From the IMG/VR virus record IMGVR_UViG_3300013233_000235, positions 124,001-188,000 of that record: 64,000 nt of DNA; one strand, given 5' to 3'. The notes beneath the pieces were generated by a model. It had not been told where the DNA came from. It did not search any database and worked only from the letters and a program-made list of their open reading frames with translations. Position numbers and translations under genes: made by a program. Below are positions 56,992 through 64,000 of the stretch, in pieces (position 1 is the first letter of the stretch; every line of letters starts with the position of its first letter).

Positions 56992-59598
56992 TTAGACTTT
57001 TCCAAGGTCAATGGTGTCATTCACAGTGAGCACATCTGCGACCTTGATGGCCCCTATATTAACCAATGCGTCGATGGCCGCTTGTACCGATACTGGTACC
57101 GCCGTATCAAGCTGGCCAGCAATTAGCAAAGGCGCCTGGTTAGCCACCTCGCTGTTTACTAATGCTGGTACTTGGCTGGTCACCTCGGCTGGTAACTTAG
57201 CAGAAACCTCAGTGGGTAGTCCTGCCGCAACAGCGGTGGTTACAGCACCGGGCAGTTTGGAATCCACATCCGTGGTTACAGCGCCGGGGACAACGGCATT
57301 GACAGCGGTTGTTATCAGAGCCGGAGCTTGGTTAGCCACCTCGGCTGGTAGTTTAGCAGCAACCTCGGTGCCCACAGATGTGCCAATCTGGCCAGTCACC
57401 TCGGCTGGCAGTTTAGCAGCAACTTCTGTGGTTACAGCGCCTGGTACTGCCGTATTTACAGCGGTTGTTATCAGGGCTGGTGCCTGTTTAGTCACTTCGG
57501 CTGGTAACTTAAGACCAACTTCCGTTGCCACCAGTGGTGTGGCTTGGTTAGCCACCTCGGCTGGTAACACATTACCCACTTCTGTTGCAACGGAGGTGCC
57601 AATCTGCGTACCAACTTCCGCCGGTAGTTTAGCAGCAACTTCTGTGGTTAATGCTGCTGGTAACTGGGTACCAACTTCCGCCGGTAGTTTAGCAGCAACT
57701 TCTGTGGTTACGGCGCCTGGTACCGCCGTATTTACAGCGGTTGTTATCAGAGCCGGAGCTTGGTTAGCCACCTCGGCTGGTAGTTTAGCAGCAACTTCCG
57801 TTGCTACCAAGGGTGTGGCTTGGTTAGCCACCTCGGCTGGTAACACATTACCCACCTCTGTTGCAACGGAGGTGCCAATCTGGCCAGTCACCTCGGCTGG
57901 CAGTTTAGCAGCAACTTCTGTGGTTAATGCTGCTGGTAACTGGGTACCAACTTCCGCCGGTAACTTAGCAGCAACTTCTGCGGTTACAGCGGTGGGTAGC
58001 TGCTTAGTAACCTCAGTACCAACGACTGTGCTAAGTTGTAGCGCCACGGTGTCGGTGATAATGGGGGTCGCCAGCGTGGCGATCTCAGTGGCTAGGTTAG
58101 CCGATAACTGTTTGGTTACCTCGGCCGACACACTGGTTGGCAACGCCGCTGCTAGGGCTGTGGTAATCTCTGTAGGTAATTTGGTACCTAGCTGGTTGGC
58201 GATATCCACGGTGATCTGGTCCGTCAACTGTGTTGTTACCTCCGCCGTAACAGCGGCCGGTAACAGCTTGCCAATCTCCACAGTGATGCTATTACCGATT
58301 TGTGCACCCACCTCAATCGCAACCAGATTAGGGAGGTTTGCCACCATATACACTGCCACCTCATTAGCGAGGTTTGTACCTAAGGTGTTGGTTATGATGG
58401 TGGTGAGATTACCCAGGTCGGTGGCCTGCTGTGCCGTGATGTTCTGGATGTGCGCCGGTAAGGCTAGTTGTACACCCAGTGTGTCAATAGCCGCCCCTAC
58501 TGCATTCGCAACCACGGTTGGCAAGGTGTCTGCCACAAACGCCGTCAATGCGGTACTAACACCGGCATTAACACTATCCGGTATAGTGACGCTCTTTATA
58601 GAGTTCATGGATGTGGTGACAGCTGCCGCCACGTTATCCGCTATAACCGTGGACTGATTAACCAGGTCTGTAACAAGTTGCTGACTTATATCGCTAAAGT
58701 AAGCTGGCGGGGAGTATGGTGCTGGTAGCTTCCCAACCTCTGTGTTAACTGTGGCCTGGATCTGGCCTGGAATATCTTCAATCGTGAGTTTTCTTCCGAC
58801 CTCCGCTGTGACAGCATCTGCCAATGTTGCACTACCCAGTTGCTTGGTAACCTCCGCTGATACCCCAGCCGGAAGTGTGTTGGCTAGCAAGGGGTCCCAC
58901 AACGTTGTTAATGCCGCCGACACCTTACCGGGAATGTCTTGGGCAGTTAGTGCACCAACCAGCTGCGTGGCTATCTTACCGGGGATGTCTTGGGCTGTAA
59001 GGCTAGTTAGTACCTGTGCGGCCACAGCCTCACCAAGCCTGTTATTGAGGCCCAGTGTGATACCATCCGTGACTGCTTGTGCGATGGTGCCCGGCAGGTT
59101 CAGTGTGGTTATCTGGGACGTAACCTCTGTACCGATCTGTAAAGGCACGTTCATGGCGGTGAAGGCGGTGGTTATCTGGTTGCTGACCTCTGTGGGTATG
59201 GTTGTACTCTTTAACAGAGTTACCGCGGTATCAAGCAACAGCTTGCTGGTAGTGTCAACCACTGTGCGTAACGCCTTAAGATCGGTGACGTCCGCAGCTG
59301 TCATCAACTGAATATGCGATGGCAGTATTGTGGTTAGATCGATGTTACCAACTGCGGTGGCAGCGGCAGCATCCACGGTGCTGTTAATACCATTTACAGC
59401 GGCAACCACATCGGCCGATAGCAACCCCAGATCAATCCACGGGGAGTTTGCAATACCTGGGCTAAACCATAGTGAGCCATCCACGGTGATAAGGGCTGGC
59501 ATTGATATAACAGTCGGTGTTGGCGGCACGGCCGCGTATACCGGTAGTACGAAGTCTGACTTAAACTCCAACCGGCTTAGTACTTGAATGCTTGGCAT
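56992..59598 (-). CDS. 868-aa repeat fibre protein with 4-residue hydrophobic periodicity
   Basis: TEVAAKLP/AEVANQAP-type units; AAGGAG SD. Confidence 0.8.
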   Translation of the reverse strand: MPSIQVLSRLEFKSDFVLPVYAAVPPTPTVISMPALITVDGSLWFSPGIANSPWIDLGLLSADVVAAVNGINSTVDAAAATAVGNIDLTTILPSHIQLMTAADVTDLKALRTVVDTTSKLLLDTAVTLLKSTTIPTEVSNQITTAFTAMNVPLQIGTEVTSQITTLNLPGTIAQAVTDGITLGLNNRLGEAVAAQVLTSLTAQDIPGKIATQLVGALTAQDIPGKVSAALTTLWDPLLANTLPAGVSAEVTKQLGSATLADAVTAEVGRKLTIEDIPGQIQATVNTEVGKLPAPYSPPAYFSDISQQLVTDLVNQSTVIADNVAAAVTTSMNSIKSVTIPDSVNAGVSTALTAFVADTLPTVVANAVGAAIDTLGVQLALPAHIQNITAQQATDLGNLTTIITNTLGTNLANEVAVYMVANLPNLVAIEVGAQIGNSITVEIGKLLPAAVTAEVTTQLTDQITVDIANQLGTKLPTEITTALAAALPTSVSAEVTKQLSANLATEIATLATPIITDTVALQLSTVVGTEVTKQLPTAVTAEVAAKLPAEVGTQLPAALTTEVAAKLPAEVTGQIGTSVATEVGNVLPAEVANQATPLVATEVAAKLPAEVANQAPALITTAVNTAVPGAVTTEVAAKLPAEVGTQLPAALTTEVAAKLPAEVGTQIGTSVATEVGNVLPAEVANQATPLVATEVGLKLPAEVTKQAPALITTAVNTAVPGAVTTEVAAKLPAEVTGQIGTSVGTEVAAKLPAEVANQAPALITTAVNAVVPGAVTTDVDSKLPGAVTTAVAAGLPTEVSAKLPAEVTSQVPALVNSEVANQAPLLIAGQLDTAVPVSVQAAIDALVNIGAIKVADVLTVNDTIDLGKV
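57180..58020 (-). repeat. hierarchical coding repeats including a near-exact 276-bp (92-aa) duplication
   Basis: e.g. sequence at 57541 recurs at 57817. Confidence 0.85.
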
Positions 59599-59599
59599 G

Positions 59600-61291
59600 T
59601 TATCTCCTTATCTTCGCCTTTAAGAACGAGGGGTTGGCTAGAATGGCGCGGATATTATTTGCATCGACAATCTCCACGCGCATGGCGTCTCTTCTCCACA
59701 CGTTATCAATATCTAACACGTAGATCTCGACTTCCGGGATGTCTTCATTAAGCTGGTGGTTAATCAAATGGATAGATTTAGCCACATCAGATGTGTACCG
59801 GTATACCCCATCCGTGATTGTTTTAATTGCTAGCTCGGTACTGATTAGCCGGCTAGTAACAGTCACCATGGATGCATCAACTTCCGTCATCCGATCCATG
59901 AGTAACAGATGCTCATTATGCGCAACTATGTGCTCGTTACCAATCTCTTCCAAGATGGGTTGTACGACTATCCTGCTATTCACACCGGTGGGTGTTTCAA
60001 AGGATATGGTGTTGAGCCCACGCATAGACAAACGCACCATCTCCATAGCGAACTGGCCATTCGACCCTTCAACCCACAAAGTGGCTGTCACAAAACCGGT
60101 ATTGAGTCTGTGGTTATAGATGGTCGAGGTACTGGGTGCCGTGGTGCGACCGATGTACGCGTTCTGCAATGGTGCTTGTATAATGGCGCGTATATTTACG
60201 GCCACATCGGTGGTTACCACGATATTCTTACCATCGACCATCCGCGTGCTGGCGACAGCCCTACGCCATACACCCTGATCGTTAACCCATAAACACATCG
60301 ATGGGTACATGGTGTTAAGGTTATGCACCATGGGGTGGTCAGTTTTAGGGACCAGGGATTCATATATGAAAGAACCTGTCCCCATCAGACGCACGGTTAT
60401 TCTTACGCGCAATGGCTCGTCAGATGTAATAACCACTACATCGGGGTGGGTCATCGCCACATCCGATAGTGGGATACTGAACAGCCCATCCGAGTCCTGC
60501 GCCCACACCTGCACATCTAAATCGTAACTATTCAGACCGTGTACAAACGTGTGAACCAACTCGGCGGTGTCGCTGCTATAGGCCTTACCGCTGGATAATG
60601 GTACTTGTGCGAAATACCCGTTCTCGATGGTGTTCTTAATGGATGCCTGTAACTCCAACAGTGCGTTGAACTCGTTGCGCATTGCTAAGAAATCACCAAG
60701 GACCGTTGCCTGCTGCACGTCCAGTGTGGACTGGCGAAGCTCCAGGTCGGTCACCTGCTTGATACCCACAGTGTCCGCTTGTGGGGCAAGTGGTTTTACA
60801 GCCTCTTTTATGGCCTCGATGCCCTGCGTTAATGCGGAGCATGCTAAGTCATTGTTAAGAAGTGGATTTGTATGACGCGTGTTATATTCCAGGTTTCCCC
60901 GGAATGATAGCCACGTGGCTGGGTCCAGCTTATCGAATGGGGCACTGTTAATTGAATCCAGCAGACCTTGGTCAACATACCCTGTACCAACCGCCTGGTA
61001 ACGTACACGGATGTACTTGTAAGCGCCCCTGATTACTAGGTAGCTATACACCTCCTCCGATGTCACCTCGCTGACAGACAAGAACATGGGAGAGAAGAAT
61101 ACATCACGCTGAGCTATAAGGGGGGTCCAGACAGGTATTGTTAGGGAATCCCCACCCTCAACTATCAGACCCCTGCGGTAAAAAGCACCGGCTGACAAGA
61201 TGACACCCACTGACGATGTCAGCGAGTGTATCTCATCGGGTATAAGGTTATCCACACTAGCAGCGGTGTGGTCGTACGAATAAGTAGCCAT
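59600..61291 (-). CDS. gp131-family tail protein with repeated H.L.T..P.V domains
   Basis: Y.YD.T....NLIPDE.H.L N-terminus; four HNLNT/HRLNT/HQLNE/HGLNS-type repeats. Confidence 0.7.
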   Translation of the reverse strand: MATYSYDHTAASVDNLIPDEIHSLTSSVGVILSAGAFYRRGLIVEGGDSLTIPVWTPLIAQRDVFFSPMFLSVSEVTSEEVYSYLVIRGAYKYIRVRYQAVGTGYVDQGLLDSINSAPFDKLDPATWLSFRGNLEYNTRHTNPLLNNDLACSALTQGIEAIKEAVKPLAPQADTVGIKQVTDLELRQSTLDVQQATVLGDFLAMRNEFNALLELQASIKNTIENGYFAQVPLSSGKAYSSDTAELVHTFVHGLNSYDLDVQVWAQDSDGLFSIPLSDVAMTHPDVVVITSDEPLRVRITVRLMGTGSFIYESLVPKTDHPMVHNLNTMYPSMCLWVNDQGVWRRAVASTRMVDGKNIVVTTDVAVNIRAIIQAPLQNAYIGRTTAPSTSTIYNHRLNTGFVTATLWVEGSNGQFAMEMVRLSMRGLNTISFETPTGVNSRIVVQPILEEIGNEHIVAHNEHLLLMDRMTEVDASMVTVTSRLISTELAIKTITDGVYRYTSDVAKSIHLINHQLNEDIPEVEIYVLDIDNVWRRDAMRVEIVDANNIRAILANPSFLKAKIRR

Positions 61292-62275
61292 CTAACCCAC
61301 CTTCATTATTGATAGACCGCAGGCTATGCCAGGGCCAGCAATGACGCATGTCACGGGAACGCCATCGGATGACTGAACCTCCAAACCTATAATCTGATTT
61401 GTAGATACTCCAACAACAGACCCGTAAATGGGGGATGTTGTAACCGGTAGGCCATCTATAACGTAACGGAATATGCCCCTCAGTTTTGTACCATCAACAT
61501 CCAGAATGGTGGGGTTGCCAGCCATGTTCACCATATAGGTGCCACTGACACCCGGTTTAATAACTACCCCGGTGGGCACCCACGTATTTTCGCCAATGTT
61601 TCCGAGGTCCTTGGAAGCACTACCCGTATTAGCTTGGAAGTAAATCTGTCTACTGGACTCTGTCGCCTGGACGACGGATTCAGCGAGGGTGCGCATGCTA
61701 GACACGATTGGGAAAACCAGTGAATCATTTAGATCCTGGATATCGGACATGCTGATGTTGCGCGACGGATTCTCTAGAGCGACAGCCATGCCGGCCATCG
61801 CCTCTAGAATTCTTGGTACACCGTCTATGGATGTGAAGGGTACATTGTGCGGAGTGTGTGGGAAGGTTGCTGGTACGTCGGCGATTGCATCCCAGTCGGT
61901 CGTGGTCAGTGCGGTCAGTGTGTCCAGACCCTGTTTCACGATCTGTGGGACCACATCAGCCAATTCCCCACCGAGCGTCCTATAGACTAATACGTAAGAC
62001 CCGCTGGTGGTGGGGTCCATGAAACCGAACCCCCCAACCACGCGCTTATTCGTATTATCGGTGGCGGTTTCGTACGGATAGGCCATGAATATCTCATTGC
62101 CTTCTGTTAGAACTGTTCCTGATTCCTTATCAATCACCACCAAGCTATCCGCGTAAAACGGGGACACATCTGGTATGACGTAATTCAGTGAAACCCCGTT
62201 AGCGGCGGTTATGGTATGAACTTCGTTTGGGATCAAATTCTCCGGCAACGTCCCCAGTGGATCGAATGGGTACAT
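61292..62275 (-). CDS. gp131-family baseplate/tail protein
   Basis: YPFDPLG....NLIPNE.H.I...PFY..SL...L.EG motif; AAGGAG SD. Confidence 0.75.
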   Translation of the reverse strand: MYPFDPLGTLPENLIPNEVHTITAANGVSLNYVIPDVSPFYADSLVVIDKESGTVLTEGNEIFMAYPYETATDNTNKRVVGGFGFMDPTTSGSYVLVYRTLGGELADVVPQIVKQGLDTLTALTTTDWDAIADVPATFPHTPHNVPFTSIDGVPRILEAMAGMAVALENPSRNISMSDIQDLNDSLVFPIVSSMRTLAESVVQATESSRQIYFQANTGSASKDLGNIGENTWVPTGVVIKPGVSGTYMVNMAGNPTILDVDGTKLRGIFRYVIDGLPVTTSPIYGSVVGVSTNQIIGLEVQSSDGVPVTCVIAGPGIACGLSIMKVG

Positions 62276-62334
62276 ATTTCTCTCCTTATATGGGTGGTTC
62301 GCATATAATTAAATTGAATGGAACAGTGATTATT

Positions 62335-63555
62335 ATGTTTGAATTGGTAAAAATATACGTACGTACCGGCCGAAAGTGGGAGACCATATCGGCGGACGGA
62401 CTGGCGGTTGGTGACCTTTTAGATGGTTATCGGGAGACGCGGCTTATCATATTAGGCTCGGGGGTCCCCATCACCACTGTTGATCTTAAAACACTTTGTA
62501 TCGGCATCCCCGCAGAGGAATCCACCATGGGCATCGTGGCCTGGCTGGGCCTGCTCCAATCCATACCTAGGGACGCTGTTGTAAACCATCGCCGGCTAAC
62601 CGAACTCGGTAAGATGCGGGTATCCAACGTATCCAACTATGCGGTATCTGTTGGCATTGGGGATGGCAGCCATGGGGATGGGGGTAGCGTGGCTATCGCC
62701 AGTGGGGCTGATATAATCATGCGGAACACTTCTGACGACGACGTCACCAGTTACTTGCAGGAGAACTGCTTATTCTGCATTAACGGGTACGTGTTGACAA
62801 GCACGCTGGTGGGTGACAATCTGGTTATAGACCTGGGAGCACCTTTCGCATGGGCCAACAGCCCTCGCCCATACACCGTAGATATTATCGACCTGAGTGA
62901 GCTAGGTTCGTGGGAGTGGGTACCATTTGCCGACTGTGCATTGACCAGACAGCCTGATATGGATGCTGATCGCATACTCAACCATAGTCGGGTGCATGTC
63001 AACATCCCAAACCTCCATGAGTACACACCCATTGTGATACTGGATGGGATGCCCCACTTCTTAGATGGTACCTACGATGTGGTCAGTAAAGATACGCTGG
63101 AGATAACATTGGACCATACCAGGGTTACGGCCAACGTAATGAACTACCCCATTAGCCGTAACCTCACTGGCAATAAGACAAGTGGGTTTGTCTCCTATGA
63201 CTTCGATCCGATTATGTACATGGGCGTACCTCAGAGTGGCATGCTACTTATCAAGAATACAGACATCAACCTAGATATAACCCACCTCGGTGGCACGGGT
63301 ATACCCGGTATGTACACCACTGGCGCACCAACCGACGGGCTGTTAATTGATACGCGTGGCAGGCCACATAGTTACCAATACGGGTTATCTAACGGTTACA
63401 TCTGGGGGGTTACATGTAACCTCGGTTACCGTAAGGGGGATCTGATGGAGGGGCAGTTTGGTGTGACGTACCGTGGGCACGTCCCCGTTGATGACAAACA
63501 CCCTCGTTTAGAGGATGCACGGCTGTTGAACCTATACACACTGACTTCGGTATAA
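62335..63555 (+). CDS. virion structural protein (start uncertain)
   Basis: Long ORF divergent from the tail operon; CLF.INGY motif. Confidence 0.65.
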   Translation: MFELVKIYVRTGRKWETISADGLAVGDLLDGYRETRLIILGSGVPITTVDLKTLCIGIPAEESTMGIVAWLGLLQSIPRDAVVNHRRLTELGKMRVSNVSNYAVSVGIGDGSHGDGGSVAIASGADIIMRNTSDDDVTSYLQENCLFCINGYVLTSTLVGDNLVIDLGAPFAWANSPRPYTVDIIDLSELGSWEWVPFADCALTRQPDMDADRILNHSRVHVNIPNLHEYTPIVILDGMPHFLDGTYDVVSKDTLEITLDHTRVTANVMNYPISRNLTGNKTSGFVSYDFDPIMYMGVPQSGMLLIKNTDINLDITHLGGTGIPGMYTTGAPTDGLLIDTRGRPHSYQYGLSNGYIWGVTCNLGYRKGDLMEGQFGVTYRGHVPVDDKHPRLEDARLLNLYTLTSV

Positions 63556-63587
63556 AAGAACCCACGCCCGTTTGGGCGTGGGTTCTT
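63556..63587. terminator. bidirectional terminator
   Basis: AAGAACCCACGCCC-GTTT-GGGCGTGGGTTCTT between convergent genes. Confidence 0.85.
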
Positions 63588-63592
63588 ATGAG

Positions 63593-64000
63593 CTATACCG
63601 CGATTTCTATCAATGATGCTTCCAATAATGCCACTTGCCGCTCTAGTCGTGTGCACCGATCCCGCCAGTGTTTCACTTCGGCATGACTGGAGGTTCTAGC
63701 GGCAATGGAGCCAGCCCTAGCCGCCAATAGCTTTGCCATAGCAGCTGGGCTAATAGCCTTCGAAGTCGGATAACGGTGGGTGGTTACTTTCGGAGCAACC
63801 CCTATAAGGTCACTAATGACATCTGATAACTGGGCTTTAACCTCACCCAATAACACGTCGTCGGGCAGTAACCCGATATCAATGGAGAGTATGATGTCAT
63901 TTACCGTGGCTGATATACCCGGTGGTGCCCCGACTATCAGCGAGCTGGGCATGGCTAGCCTAGCACTGGATATCACGCTGGACAACGTTATAATTTTAAC
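63593..64000 (-). CDS. 5'-truncated probable structural protein (C-terminal part)
   Basis: Frame is open to the window edge, upstream of the track's TTG at 63985. Confidence 0.65.
   Translation of the reverse strand, partial: VKIITLSSVISSARLAMPSSLIVGAPPGISATVNDIILSIDIGLLPDDVLLGEVKAQLSDVISDLIGVAPKVTTHRYPTSKAISPAAMAKLLAARAGSIAARTSSHAEVKHWRDRCTRLERQVALLEASLIEIAV

Noticed and set aside
57011-58657. 548-aa + strand ORF antisense to the repeat fibre
   Set aside because: Shadow frame of a repetitive Ala/Val/Thr-rich gene; no SD, and it mirrors the sense repeats.
1-64000. tRNA, rRNA, tmRNA, introns, inteins or homing endonucleases
   Set aside because: Coding density leaves few gaps, none with cloverleaf T/D-arm motifs; helicase, RNAP subunit, capsid, portal and ligase have ordinary lengths with no obvious insertions. 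A tRNAscan/Infernal run would be decisive.
1-64000. Assignment of host genus or proof of phage-nucleus formation
   Set aside because: No host-diagnostic gene, chimallin or PhuZ in this window; family placement rests on motifs and synteny.

Overview
This window is best read as part of a phiKZ-like jumbo phage genome (Chimalliviridae-type). The assignment rests on motif recognition and synteny, not on a database search; chimallin is not in this window and the host cannot be determined. A conserved core block (4235-20288) encodes a DnaB-like helicase, major capsid protein, a non-virion RNAP beta-like subunit, RuvC, two structural proteins and the portal, in the order of phiKZ gp118-gp129. A tail/baseplate block (about 42-64 kb) holds a spike-like protein, gp131-family proteins, three FG-GAP beta-propeller fibres and a long repeat fibre. 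Two + strand accessory islands (1-4.2 kb and about 20-42 kb) carry an HslV-like peptidase, thymidylate kinase fusion, nucleotidyltransferase, NAD-dependent ligase, MazG-like pyrophosphatase, many XRE-HTH proteins and paralog families. The main finding is a regulatory cassette repeated 14 times, all on +: terminator, T-rich element, (T/C)ATATAACT-N3-ATG, leader, SD. In 12 copies the ATG is followed directly by a hairpin with an invariant 8-nt loop consensus CNNNUUGA. Its stem sequence is completely different between two cassette classes and tolerates G-U pairs, which argues for an RNA-level, regulon-wide 5' signal. The co-transcribed HTH cluster is a candidate reader (inference). No tRNA, rRNA, CRISPR array or mobile element was supported.
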